DNA of 64,000 nt from Sulfuricurvum sp. (GCA_043759555.1 JAYVLH010000004.1:10196-74195); one strand, 5' to 3'. Positions 19,301 through 29,002 are shown, numbered from the stretch's first letter. Numbers and translations: made by a program. Notes: a model not told the origin generated them from the letters alone.

Positions 19301-20962
19301 GATTACAGCCAGTGTCTGAATGTCAGTAACACATCGGCCGTATTAGACGGTGTACCGTCGTGTATCAATAGCGATCAACATCTTCAAGATGCTTTTGGAG
19401 CTTCTATATACACAACGTGCGGAACTACAGGTGCGCATCCTGCCTGCCAGTCAGCTAGCTATAATTCAGGGAATCTCCCAGATTCTCCATACGACAATCC
19501 TCAGGGTTGTTTTATCTGTCTTGCCAATGCTTTGAATGGTGCGAAGTGTTCGGTTGACCACTTCGCGATTCGTCCTGATCGATTTGAGTTTACGGCAGCA
19601 GGATTGATGAAGGCAGGAGAAGATTATAATATTACAACGTATGCGAAAAATTATAGCAGCATAGTAAATACTACTGATTATAATCAGACAGTCTCTAATC
19701 TCACCGGAGTACCAAAATCGTGGTGGAATCGTGATACTAATGCTCAAATTGCGACAGTCAATACCCAAGGGACGACAACGATAGCAGGGGCTTGGAACTT
19801 CGGTAACGGTACAGGTTCTGTCCCGATTCGATTCAGTGATGTTGGTAAGTTTACACTTGATTTGAATGATACGAATTGGGCAGCTGTTGATACGGATACC
19901 GCTTTGGTGGATCGGACGATTCATGGTGAGGGTAATGTGACGTTTATTCCATGGGATTTTAATATCTCTACAGCGTCTATTACTAACAATAAGGGGATAT
20001 CACCATCGTTTACGTATTTATCGAGCGATTTGAACATGTCAGCGAGAATCCCGATGACAGTTTGGGCTCAAAACAAGCAAGGCAGTGTGACGCAAAACTA
20101 TGCTAATAATATGTTTGACCGCAACATTACAATTAGACCATATGTTTCCTCCGTCGCTGCAACAGCACGAGGTTTGACCCCTTTGACGCTCGGGGTGGCC
20201 AATGCAGATGGAAACTTTACAACAGGAAGTACATCGATAGCCTATAATGATGCACTTGTAGGACGATTTAATTTTTCCCGAGATCCAAAAGTGGCTGTAT
20301 CGCCATTTGATGTGAATTCTTCCAATGGTGTCGGTAGTGATGTGAATATTTCGATTATAGATACAGACAGTGTATATGGGGATAAGAATCAAACGCTTGA
20401 TGGAAATGCAACATTTGTGTATGGTCGTATTATTCCACGTGATGTACGTGTATTTGGTGCAGTCCCTTTTACCGCGAATGCGTGGTATGAAGTTTATAAT
20501 GCTCCAAATATTGCCGGGATAGCCCTTGGTTCAAGTAAAAATGAAGCGATGTGGTATATCAATACGTTGCATAGTGATGTTACTGGTAGTTACGATGGTG
20601 ACGCGAATGTAACATACATTGGATCAACACTTCAAGCTCCTGTACTTGGTGGACCGGTTGGAAGTGATGGAATGGAAGATTATAATTTTAATGCGATAGC
20701 AACGATTCCTTTTGGGGCTAAAGCCCACATTGATACAGATTCATGGTTGTGGTATGGGGTTGCAGCATTACCTTATGCTGACCCATCAGCAGGTAATTTA
20801 GATTGTCAGACTCATCCATGTTTTAACATTAACATTGTTCCACCGATTGGGGCAACAGGCAGTGCAAAAACTGAAACAGAGAACAGCAAAAGTAACAAAA
20901 CATCAACCAGTGGAGGTGGCGGATGGCACAGTACCACCGATTACGCACCGGCGATACGATGA
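16328..20962 (+). CDS. Large secreted multidomain adhesin, MshQ/PilY1-like (InlB B-repeat, choice-of-anchor D, Ig-like, DUF11-like, MshQ-type C-terminus)
   Basis: Signal peptide; TRNGYALTSWNT...TLYAQW; SDNTDFGS; LPAGLS...ISGTPT; ISIRKT...ITYS; DHFAIRPDRF; followed by three prepilin genes. Confidence 0.7.
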   Translation: MKTLTLSVIPCHDTESIAKLFRSTTPPSFRATTRNPALKLFSRLFAVFGLVMMFAVSGWASTLSYNNTSGSGNIASVSRTTGTTIQLSDGTGMTRNGYALTSWNTSSNGTGTSYALGANYTFTSSNVTLYAQWSVSGPDMSITGNGVMISDNDNSPSSSDNTDFGSTAIGTPVTKIFTITNTGTATLSLSGNPIVATTGDFTVTSQPSVTSLTAGASTIFTVSFNPTATGTRSGTISTANNVTAKNPYNFSITGTGVAPEVPPTLIANVPDQFLTVGTAMTALDFDNYFTATNGDTITYTLTGTLPAGLSYSTSTHAISGTPTAVTATRTFTIKATDNDGFTSDSFTITVMQNINFTNANPRNFTKVNTFNDNGDISIVGNSIEIDASGGCPDPATSNNGINTMFADVDSDPSTFNSTTADLVLPAGVSTANDILWAGLYWQGYYEGTTNLIKSNAQTALLKTPAMTNYTPIVSDNTKFNWVYFDNTKTRWYYQGMQDVTNYVKQSLGGTYTVANIYSQIGQPNGGAFGAWSLVVFYHDSSATLKNLTAFDGYIGISSSDTGRTGVDANTTVPLSGFLTPSSGSINSKFLLFAGEGDIGIVGDSASLSNTVGDTSLTNTLNPNSNIFNASETVGTTGSSANYVTTRNPSCQNTIGVDIDTFNVGTTGQNIIKTNQTSTNVKLISSGDGFFPGVFAFSTDIYQPFISIRKTTNSSGSLTPNQAITYSADINNSGNEGASNIVIFDNFDDNNLSTTAGNITNPLVTLGSLLDHNTTKMWNSIVCKYGPSNSDCKNTCTVTDNPFKLSCPIPLLAVGQTASIQFTATLAAHPDTKGQSVEVENKMFASYYNALTGASVGQSSSNPANAGQYLYSLAPLGGVDVIDPDQLASYSSGSVIKTKVANKDNIQLTAVYLGSGTTPTNYTGSKSMPIMMKLSDGTCSTEENLATSGFVSVEMPVGGSSVTSSAFTMTPVARRDARIRLYFIDWSNLPGGDYSQCLNVSNTSAVLDGVPSCINSDQHLQDAFGASIYTTCGTTGAHPACQSASYNSGNLPDSPYDNPQGCFICLANALNGAKCSVDHFAIRPDRFEFTAAGLMKAGEDYNITTYAKNYSSIVNTTDYNQTVSNLTGVPKSWWNRDTNAQIATVNTQGTTTIAGAWNFGNGTGSVPIRFSDVGKFTLDLNDTNWAAVDTDTALVDRTIHGEGNVTFIPWDFNISTASITNNKGISPSFTYLSSDLNMSARIPMTVWAQNKQGSVTQNYANNMFDRNITIRPYVSSVAATARGLTPLTLGVANADGNFTTGSTSIAYNDALVGRFNFSRDPKVAVSPFDVNSSNGVGSDVNISIIDTDSVYGDKNQTLDGNATFVYGRIIPRDVRVFGAVPFTANAWYEVYNAPNIAGIALGSSKNEAMWYINTLHSDVTGSYDGDANVTYIGSTLQAPVLGGPVGSDGMEDYNFNAIATIPFGAKAHIDTDSWLWYGVAALPYADPSAGNLDCQTHPCFNINIVPPIGATGSAKTETENSKSNKTSTSGGGGWHSTTDYAPAIR
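16348..16435 (+). repeat. Two identical tandem REP-like A palindromes inside the adhesin 5' coding region
   Basis: cgtcattccgtgccacgacacggaatcca at 16348-16376 and 16407-16435. Confidence 0.9.
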
Positions 20963-21636
20963 TGATTAAATTTCGGCCTGCAATGGCGATGATCGAGTTA
21001 ATTTTTGCTATTGTCATTATTGCCATCAGTATTATAACTATTCCTACTATGATGAATGTAGCCAACCAAGCCATGAAAGGAACGCTCATCGATGAGGACG
21101 TCATGGCGCGTTTGAGCGGATGGACGCTTGATAAATTTCAGGCACGGTGGGATGGAAACTACAGTGCTTCGGGTTCAGGTGCTTTGAATATTGCTACGAT
21201 TGCGGACTTGAATTGTTCACGAGCGGGAGGTTATCGCATTGGTTCCGATGAAAACGTCTCTTCGATGCAGTGTAATATCCTAGCACCTGCTTCAGTTATT
21301 CCACGAAATGGTGATGGTAATTTATCGAGAGGGATAGAGCAACTCAATGGTGGTAATAATGATTTGGGTGAAGCGATTATCATTTCCCCAGCTAGTGGTA
21401 CGCCTTATACCATAACTGCAACGTATGAGGTAGATTATGTACCCTCTGGACCAACAACCACTATAGGCAATACACAAACAGCAACATGGATGCTTGGATC
21501 GTCTGGGAGCATAAATCCTGCAGATGCACCTGCTGAAAATGTAACTCATCTTAAGCGTATCGTTACACGTTTTCAAAATACAACTTTGGGTGTCGATACT
21601 ACCCTTACCTTTTTCAAATCAAACAAAGGCAACTAG
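20959..21636 (+). CDS. Type IV minor pilin/pseudopilin (MshD-like)
   Basis: Prepilin motif RPA-MAMIELIFAIVII; ATGA overlap with the adhesin stop. Confidence 0.8.
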   Translation: MMIKFRPAMAMIELIFAIVIIAISIITIPTMMNVANQAMKGTLIDEDVMARLSGWTLDKFQARWDGNYSASGSGALNIATIADLNCSRAGGYRIGSDENVSSMQCNILAPASVIPRNGDGNLSRGIEQLNGGNNDLGEAIIISPASGTPYTITATYEVDYVPSGPTTTIGNTQTATWMLGSSGSINPADAPAENVTHLKRIVTRFQNTTLGVDTTLTFFKSNKGN

Positions 21637-22569
21637 ATGAGAGTTCTATTAAAACGTAAAGCATTTACGATGATCGAGCTTTTGTTTGTAATTGTAATCT
21701 TGGGAATTGTAGGTGGAATTGCACTTGAAGCTATACGCCAGTATTACAATGGAATATATAAAACCGTCACTATAAATAAAAGAGTTGCTGATGCCGATCA
21801 TATCCTCGATCAGCTTACCAAGTATTTTGAAAATGGTATCAGCAGTTCGATTGTCAATTTGAATATAAATCCGGTAGTAGTAGCATGTTATGGTCCTCCA
21901 GTGGTGAATCCCGCTGATTTTACCATTGCATTTATAGGGGTAGATAATGATAGTTTACGAGGAGTTAGCGGACTTTCTGGTTGGAATGAAGAAGCGAAAT
22001 TGATAACAGGGAATGATCTGAATATGTCAGATGCAAATCTATCAATGAGCAATATTATTCTTACAGCTCTTGGATCGACATTGCGTGATTCTGCTATTTA
22101 TGATGCAGATAGCATGGATTCAAATGCTTGTGTGCGTTTTAATTTTGCTGGTGAAGGTAAAGTAGGATTTCACAAGCTTGATGGAGTAAATCCAAATCCA
22201 ATGGCTAATGGGCTACTACGGCTCAATAATGACAACAATGCTACTAATGGACATCGTAAATATTTATTGCGTACAGGGTATGCGTTTCGAGTTGATGATA
22301 ATGGAAGTTTTTGGATGTACAGTGGTTTTCGTCCTTGGAAAGATGAATCTTTTTCAGCGGCATCAAAAATCAGTTTATTAGGAGAGAATGTCTCTCATTT
22401 TTATGCTAATTACAATGCTACAGATTTGGCAGGTAATGCAGGGGTAAGTGATCGCGGGTTGGTGTGGACGCTCAAAGTATGTATGCGTGGTATGGATGCT
22501 GAACTTAAAGATACCGATGACAATGCGACGCAAATCTGTCGTGAAAGGAGAGTCCATGTACGTTACTAA
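21637..22569 (+). CDS. Type IV minor pilin (MshO/PilW-like)
   Basis: KRKA-FTMIELLFVIVILG N-methylation motif. Confidence 0.82.
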   Translation: MRVLLKRKAFTMIELLFVIVILGIVGGIALEAIRQYYNGIYKTVTINKRVADADHILDQLTKYFENGISSSIVNLNINPVVVACYGPPVVNPADFTIAFIGVDNDSLRGVSGLSGWNEEAKLITGNDLNMSDANLSMSNIILTALGSTLRDSAIYDADSMDSNACVRFNFAGEGKVGFHKLDGVNPNPMANGLLRLNNDNNATNGHRKYLLRTGYAFRVDDNGSFWMYSGFRPWKDESFSAASKISLLGENVSHFYANYNATDLAGNAGVSDRGLVWTLKVCMRGMDAELKDTDDNATQICRERRVHVRY

Positions 22570-23017
22570 ACGATCCGGCTTTGCGATGATCTTAGCGATT
22601 TTTGTTGTTGTTCTTGTTGCTTTGGGTGGTGTGATGCTGCTTGGAAATGCTGCTATCGGTTCCAAATCTATTGGCGACAATTATCTGCGTGCACAAGCGG
22701 ATCTATTAGCTGAAAGTGCTACTGAGTTTGGAGTAATGCGGGTGCAAGGGTTTGATCGTACAGGAAATCATTGTTTAGAAAACTTGATTATTACTGTAAA
22801 TGATGTGAATAATAATCCAATGTATGATGCGAATGTTTCTTATGCCTATTCATTTCGTGGAGCACAATTTGCAGGATGTACAGCTCCTCATGTATTAGCA
22901 ATTAATACCGGCAAAGATACAATGATATTAATGGATGTTACGGTAGCCACCCGCACGGATTCAAATCTCTCAACTGAGCCAATACGCATTGTAAAGCGGA
23001 CTTGGCAGAAGCTTTAG
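22556..23017 (+). CDS. Minor pilin lacking Glu5 (MshP/PilX-like)
   Basis: RSG-FAMILAIFVVV with no E5, AESATE motif, AGGAG RBS. Confidence 0.75.
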   Translation: MYVTKRSGFAMILAIFVVVLVALGGVMLLGNAAIGSKSIGDNYLRAQADLLAESATEFGVMRVQGFDRTGNHCLENLIITVNDVNNNPMYDANVSYAYSFRGAQFAGCTAPHVLAINTGKDTMILMDVTVATRTDSNLSTEPIRIVKRTWQKL

Positions 23018-23023
23018 TATTTT

Positions 23024-23095
23024 CGTCATTCCGTGCTACGACACGGAATCCAATGCACTAATATATATAAGTGGATCCCGTATCAACGGGATGAT
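23024..23095. repeat. REP-like doublet (A plus partly deleted B) between convergent operons
   Basis: cgtcattccgtgctacgacacggaatcca ... tggatcccgtatcaacgggatgat. Confidence 0.85.
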
Positions 23096-23129
23096 AAAAA
23101 GATGGGTTGTATAACGAGAGAAAAATGTA

Positions 23130-23507
23130 TTAGAGAGTGAGCTGAGCGATTTTAGCGAGAACGTCTTTTTCACGGACAGGTTTCATGAGAAATCCGTTTG
23201 CACCACAGTCCAACGCTTCCCCTTTTTTGGTCTCATCGGTTGTCAGGACAATAACAGGGACTTGACGGAGAGAATCATCCGATCGGATGACTTTTAGCAT
23301 CTCAATACCTCCCATTACAGGCATAATGATATCAAGCAAGATAATATCTATATCATCCTGTGTTTTTAAGACACCAATAGCATCGGCACCATTTTTTGCT
23401 TCAACAACTTGTGAAACGTTTGGTGCTTTCATGAGCATCGATTTTAAGAGTTTTAAGTTAATTAGATCATCGTCAACTGCGAGTACTTTTAGTTTTTTAA
23501 CGTCCAT
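23130..23507 (-). CDS. Single-domain response regulator (CheY-like)
   Basis: VDDD, LLDIIMP, LTT, FLMKP. Confidence 0.93.
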   Translation of the reverse strand: MDVKKLKVLAVDDDLINLKLLKSMLMKAPNVSQVVEAKNGADAIGVLKTQDDIDIILLDIIMPVMGGIEMLKVIRSDDSLRQVPVIVLTTDETKKGEALDCGANGFLMKPVREKDVLAKIAQLTL

Positions 23508-23522
23508 TAATAGGTTCCTGCT

Positions 23523-26500
23523 TTAGATAAATTTTTCAAATACGAGACGTAAAAGATCTTTATTGACACTGTTTTTTATTATCTCGTGGACGTACATTGC
23601 ATCATTTTCATCTTCATTTGCGGAAGGATCAACGAGCATCACTAATGATATCTCACTATTGTTATCACGGATTATATCATAGAGTTCTTTTAGATTAAGG
23701 TCCGGAAGAGTTTTATCAAACAATACCAATTTGTAGTTCTTAGAGTCAACATGGGTATAAAGATCTTTTGTTTTGTTGACAGTGATATAGGTATATCCTA
23801 AATCATCGAGAATACGTGAAAAAAGCTTTAACTCTAAAGGATTTTGTTTTGCTAACAAAATATCTGCATCAAATGTCGATTTTACGGCAGCAACTTCTTC
23901 TTTTGTCTCTGGTACAACAATAAGCTCTGGAAGGTCTTGAATACTCTCAGAAAAATCTTCCTCAATATTAAGTTTGTCATCTACATTAGTTTCAAGCAAT
24001 GGGAGTGTTTCTTTTGCCACTTCTTCTTGCACTACGTCAGGTGCAGCTTTTTTTGCGGATATAACAGACTCATTTTTATCCGTATTGTTCCCAATAAGAT
24101 CTTCAGCTGATTTTGGAATAACATTAATCTCAATAATCTTATGTGAAAGAAAATTGTTAAGTAAGGAAATAATATCACTTCGAACCAGAGGTTTGGTAGT
24201 GTATTCATCCATTCCTACTGTCATGAAACGCTCACGGTCACCTTTTAGAGCATTTGCTGTAAGAGCGATAATAGGGACGTGATGCTGATTATGATCTTCT
24301 TCAAAGTCTAAAATTTCTTGTGTTGCTTCCATACCGTCAAGTACAGGCATCTGGATATCCATAAAAATTAGGTCATATTCACCATTTTTACGTTTTTCAA
24401 ATGCTTCTAATCCATTATTAGCAAGAGATACGGTAAGACCTAGATCTTCAAGAGTGCGTTTGATTAGTTTTTGATTGATGACATTGTCTTCTGCAACAAG
24501 AACATTGGCTGCGAAACGAGAGTTTTTCTCATCGAATTTTTTACGTCGTGTAGTTTTTTGCTTACGGGTATTAAATGCTTCTGCTTCATACGTTTCTAGT
24601 ACTGAACGTATTTTTGAGTTGTTAAGAGGCTCGTAAAGAACTTTAAATAAATCCAGTCCCATAGAATCAATTTTTTTCATATAATAAGACTTGGTAATCA
24701 AGACCGTTTGTTCAGTTGCAGAAGCAAAATGAATCAACTCATCATCATTAATATAGTCGTTATCTACAAAAAGAAGATCGTAATTAACTTGCCGCTCTAA
24801 GATTTTCAATTCATCCATCTCGGTAAATATTGTATAACTGACACCTAGGTAATCAAGATATTCTTTAAGATACGTCGTTTGAAGTTTTTTCTTGGTTTTA
24901 CTTTCATGTATGACTGCATTGATATTTGAAAAAGAACCTTTGATAGGTTCATTGAGTGTTTCAATTTCATCAAAAGTAAGCGTAAAGAAGAACATCGTTC
25001 CTTCACCTGGATGGCTTTCGAGATCGAGTTTACCGCCCATTAGCTCAACAAATCGGCTTGAAATGGTTAGACCTAAGCCAGTTCCGCCGTATTTACGCGT
25101 AATAGAAGTATCTGCCTGCCCGAATGCTTCAAAAATACGTGATTTTTGTTCGCTGGTAACACCGATTCCACTATCTTTGACTTGGAAGCGTACGCGAGCA
25201 CGACCAGCTTCGTCTGAATCAATACGTCGGATATCAACATTGACACTTCCGCCATTGTTAGTAAATTTGACCGCATTACTCAGAAGGTTAATAATAACTT
25301 CTTTGATCTTGGTCGGATCCCCTTTGAGCGGTCGCTCAAGGCTTGGATCGATGAAGCAGCCTAGATCAATATGTTTTTCAGATGCACGTACGGCGTATAC
25401 GTCAACAGCGCTTTCAAATTCTTCCATAGGATTAAAGGCAATGTCTTCAATTTCAAGTTTATTGCTTTCAATTTTAGAAAGGTCAAGAATATTATTGATA
25501 ATTTCAAGAAGATTCTCTGAACTTTTTTCAATAATTTCGATAAATTCACGCTGCTCATCATGAAGTTCTGTGTCTTTTAGTAACTCAGTAAATCCAACAA
25601 TACCGTTGAGTGGTGTACGAATTTCATGTGACATATTCGCCAAGAACATTGACTTGGCTTCACTGGCTTCCATCGCATATTGTTTATCACCCATGGTTTG
25701 TTCAATAATACGCTCTAGAAGTGCATACGCTTGCGCTGTACCTGTTGCAGTGTCAAGATTAATCGATTTGCTAAGCGCATCAGCTTCGTTATCATGAGTA
25801 TCTGTTGCTACACGTTTGAGAACAGATTCAAGATTTTTAATATTTGTCGCGATTTCATTAGAAAGAAGTACTCCTAGAATACCGATGAGTACAGCAACGA
25901 GCCATACGGTAATCGCAATAATCAAAAGCTGAATAGCTTGTGTTTTAATAGTAGAAGTACGAATATCCATTTGGCTCAGCAGGATTTTTTCTGTCTCAGT
26001 GATCGCATTGACTTTTTCTGAAAGCATCGCAAACCAAATGCCTGATTTGGTTTCGTATTTTCCGGTACCGCTTTCACGTAAAATGGCACCGCGTTCAGCT
26101 GTAATGTCTTGGAAAAGATCGGTATTGTCTTCATCAAACAAGGACGCTGTAAGCGTAGCTACTAGTTTTGGATCATTAATGGTATTAAAGTTGAGGTTAT
26201 CCGCTTTAGAGATGTAATCAATCCATTTATTTAGTTCTTCATCTTCTAAAGGAGCTCCTCTAGAAAGGAGGTAGGTGATATATCCACGCTCTTGGGCTGT
26301 ATACTCGTTCGCACGAACCAAAGAGAGATAGCTTCCTTGCATCGATGTGATTTGCGAGTCAAATTGAACAGCAAAGAGTGCTGTAAGTTCATTCAAGAGA
26401 GCCGTTTGTGGTTTTCCATAAACATCATCAAAAATTTCTGTAAAGTCAGCTGTCAGGTTGTCAATTGAAGGGCGTGATTGAAGACGTGACTTTTCAAGGG

Positions 26501-26825
26501 TTGCGATGATGCTGTCAACTTGAGGAGAATGATAACTGGACTTGAATTCTTTGATCTTTTTATCAACAACAATGCGTTGTGCATGAAGTGATTTAAGAGT
26601 TGTTGCAGAAGCATTTCCTAAGTACATAACAGTCATACCGCGTTCACGCGCGATATTGCTGATCATGTCATCGAGCTGCTTACTCTTTTCAAGGCTTGCT
26701 TGAAGTGTTTGTGCAGATTGATAACTCAAAAATGAGGTGTAAACGTAATAACTAGCAAGTGAAAACAAAATCAGAATCGGGAGGAGACTGATGAGGCGAA
26801 GTCTATTTTTAAGTCCTAAGTGCAT
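23523..26825 (-). CDS. Hybrid sensor kinase with periplasmic NIT domain, HisKA/HATPase and several receiver domains
   Basis: TM-(IARERG...QERG NIT-type)-TM; MSHEIRTPLNG; YGGTGLGL; FMDIQMP; additional degenerate receivers. Confidence 0.9.
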   Translation of the reverse strand: MHLGLKNRLRLISLLPILILFSLASYYVYTSFLSYQSAQTLQASLEKSKQLDDMISNIARERGMTVMYLGNASATTLKSLHAQRIVVDKKIKEFKSSYHSPQVDSIIATLEKSRLQSRPSIDNLTADFTEIFDDVYGKPQTALLNELTALFAVQFDSQITSMQGSYLSLVRANEYTAQERGYITYLLSRGAPLEDEELNKWIDYISKADNLNFNTINDPKLVATLTASLFDEDNTDLFQDITAERGAILRESGTGKYETKSGIWFAMLSEKVNAITETEKILLSQMDIRTSTIKTQAIQLLIIAITVWLVAVLIGILGVLLSNEIATNIKNLESVLKRVATDTHDNEADALSKSINLDTATGTAQAYALLERIIEQTMGDKQYAMEASEAKSMFLANMSHEIRTPLNGIVGFTELLKDTELHDEQREFIEIIEKSSENLLEIINNILDLSKIESNKLEIEDIAFNPMEEFESAVDVYAVRASEKHIDLGCFIDPSLERPLKGDPTKIKEVIINLLSNAVKFTNNGGSVNVDIRRIDSDEAGRARVRFQVKDSGIGVTSEQKSRIFEAFGQADTSITRKYGGTGLGLTISSRFVELMGGKLDLESHPGEGTMFFFTLTFDEIETLNEPIKGSFSNINAVIHESKTKKKLQTTYLKEYLDYLGVSYTIFTEMDELKILERQVNYDLLFVDNDYINDDELIHFASATEQTVLITKSYYMKKIDSMGLDLFKVLYEPLNNSKIRSVLETYEAEAFNTRKQKTTRRKKFDEKNSRFAANVLVAEDNVINQKLIKRTLEDLGLTVSLANNGLEAFEKRKNGEYDLIFMDIQMPVLDGMEATQEILDFEEDHNQHHVPIIALTANALKGDRERFMTVGMDEYTTKPLVRSDIISLLNNFLSHKIIEINVIPKSAEDLIGNNTDKNESVISAKKAAPDVVQEEVAKETLPLLETNVDDKLNIEEDFSESIQDLPELIVVPETKEEVAAVKSTFDADILLAKQNPLELKLFSRILDDLGYTYITVNKTKDLYTHVDSKNYKLVLFDKTLPDLNLKELYDIIRDNNSEISLVMLVDPSANEDENDAMYVHEIIKNSVNKDLLRLVFEKFI

Positions 26826-26836
26826 TGTAATTCCTC

Positions 26837-28504
26837 TTAAAGTTGATCAAGATAAGCATTAAGCCGTAGTGAGGCTTTTTTGGCTTCTTGTGCGTCATGG
26901 GTTTTGCTAAGAATTGAAAGTTCTTCTGAGATTTCAGTAAGACGTAAATTATCACTGATCCCCTTTAATCTTGCGGCACTTTCATTCCACATTGTTGTGT
27001 CAAATGCCTGGATAGCACTTGTGATTTGGTTGCTGATGATACGTGAATCATTTTTATAATCAAAGATCAGCTCATCCATAAATTCGGGTTCAATTCCCAA
27101 AGATTTTGCTACTGTGAAAGAATCATACTGAAGTTTCGGGGCGGCTGGTTCTTTAATGATTTCAGGAAGTTTTTTAACTTCTTCCAGAACAGGCTCTTCT
27201 TTGACTGGAAACATTTCGTCAAAAGTACGTTCTTTTTCTACTGCGGGTTCTTCTTCAATTGATCCCGCTTTTTCAATCTCTAAAAATTCTTTTTTAAAGA
27301 CAGGCTCTTCAAAAGGAGCCGATTCTGGTAATTCACTCACTTCAAGCTCGTGTCCGTGGATAACGAGGGAGTCATTATCATATTGTTTGAGACCAAAAGA
27401 GTAAATATCATCGAGTGCTTCATCCGTGATGGCTGCTGTGCTTTTTTGTGATTGATCTGCGTTTGAATAAGGCTCGGACGTGATTGATTCGGATGCATTT
27501 TGCTCCTCTTGAATCTCCCCGCCTTTGAGTTTTTGAATCATTTCAAAATAATATTTGAGATTCGCTTCAATTTCTACAGGATCGCTTGAGGTGTTAATAA
27601 CACTCAGGGTTTCAAAAGCATCTTCTATACGAAGATTGGCTGCTACACCTTTGAGTTTGTGTGACAAAATATGCAGGTTATTGAGATCATTTTTAGCGGA
27701 CGATTCAAAGAGATCCTCTTTAAAATCATAGGATTGTTGAATGAAGTCACCGATAAACTCTTCAATTAAGTCAACGGGCAAGCCAAGCTCATTAGCGGCT
27801 ACATTTGGGTCATATACGTAGTTTTTACCAACATGGTGACGATCAAGACACTCTTGCTCCTGCGCATTATATTTACCACTCCCCATCATCGGTTTTTCTT
27901 GAAGTTTCTTAGGTATTGCAACAGGTGTTGCTACAACGACCTCTTCTTTGCTTGGAAAGGTTTCAATAAGATCATCTTTAAAGGCTGGCGTTAATGCTAA
28001 ATCGTCATCGTGCAATTCATCATCAAAAGAGGATAAAGTAAGCTGGGGAACATCTAAAATATTTGGTTCATTGAGCTGTGTAGGGGTGATGTCAGCGTAA
28101 TTTGGTAATGAGCCAAAAGTGCTTTCTTCTTTTTGCACTGCTTTAGCGGTGATAGTATGTGGTTTAACATCTTCTCCGCTGATACTTTTAACGTGCAGTA
28201 TTTCAATGTTGTATGCTTTTTGGGTCGGATTTTCACATAGATAGAAGAAGGAAACGGACAATTGGCAGCTGAAAACACGTCCATTCGCATGAATAATAGC
28301 ACTGGAGGCATCAGAATCGGCATGAAGAAGAAAGTCTATCCATCCAAAATTTTTAAAATTATGAATGTATCCAGGTTCATTAGCGAAGAGATCTGCAACA
28401 TCAGAACAAACTGCTAATAGTTCAACGAGTGATGAGTAGTTTAAAAGGCGTAGACCTTCTTCGCTTACTCCGATGAACTCTTGTTTATGGTTATATAGTA
28501 GCAC
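26837..28504 (-). CDS. Hpt-domain phosphotransfer protein (PAS-like N-terminus, one intact and one degenerate Hpt)
   Basis: LSHKLKGVAANL intact; second repeat SAARLKGISDNL lacks the His; acidic linkers. Confidence 0.8.
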   Translation of the reverse strand: MLLYNHKQEFIGVSEEGLRLLNYSSLVELLAVCSDVADLFANEPGYIHNFKNFGWIDFLLHADSDASSAIIHANGRVFSCQLSVSFFYLCENPTQKAYNIEILHVKSISGEDVKPHTITAKAVQKEESTFGSLPNYADITPTQLNEPNILDVPQLTLSSFDDELHDDDLALTPAFKDDLIETFPSKEEVVVATPVAIPKKLQEKPMMGSGKYNAQEQECLDRHHVGKNYVYDPNVAANELGLPVDLIEEFIGDFIQQSYDFKEDLFESSAKNDLNNLHILSHKLKGVAANLRIEDAFETLSVINTSSDPVEIEANLKYYFEMIQKLKGGEIQEEQNASESITSEPYSNADQSQKSTAAITDEALDDIYSFGLKQYDNDSLVIHGHELEVSELPESAPFEEPVFKKEFLEIEKAGSIEEEPAVEKERTFDEMFPVKEEPVLEEVKKLPEIIKEPAAPKLQYDSFTVAKSLGIEPEFMDELIFDYKNDSRIISNQITSAIQAFDTTMWNESAARLKGISDNLRLTEISEELSILSKTHDAQEAKKASLRLNAYLDQL

Positions 28505-28515
28505 GTTCTCTCCCT

Positions 28516-28935
28516 TTAGCTTTCTTGCTCAAGCATTTTTTTATAAATCTGAGCTGTTTCTTCAATATTTTTACGGGATGCAGGTTTACGTGCGGCCATA
28601 TATCCTTTAGCGATACCATTGTTATCGTAAATAGGGGAAACTTCTGTATCTACCCAATAATACTTGCCATCTTTGCGTAGATTCTTAACCAATCCATGCC
28701 AAATGGTTCCGGATTGGATAGTTTTCCATACTTGTGCAAAAGCAGCACGTGGCATATCAGGATGGCGGATGATGTTGTGAGGCTGTCCGACGAGTTCATC
28801 AGAGGTGTAACCTGAGATTTCACAAAAGCGCCGATTAGCAAAAGTAATTATGCCATCAAGGTCAGTCTCGCTGACAATGGCACGTCCTTCAAAAAAATAT
28901 TCTTCGTCAACTGGTAGTGGTCTCTCCATATTCAT
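28516..28935 (-). CDS. Stand-alone Aer/CetB-type PAS protein
   Basis: IVSETDLDGIITFAN...GQPHNIIRHPDMP...W...VKN. Confidence 0.9.
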   Translation of the reverse strand: MNMERPLPVDEEYFFEGRAIVSETDLDGIITFANRRFCEISGYTSDELVGQPHNIIRHPDMPRAAFAQVWKTIQSGTIWHGLVKNLRKDGKYYWVDTEVSPIYDNNGIAKGYMAARKPASRKNIEETAQIYKKMLEQES

Positions 28936-29002
28936 CCCTTTGCTAAAAAACTTCTGAAATTATTAGTGTAAGGAATATGGCATAAACAAGGTAAAAGAAT
29001 TC

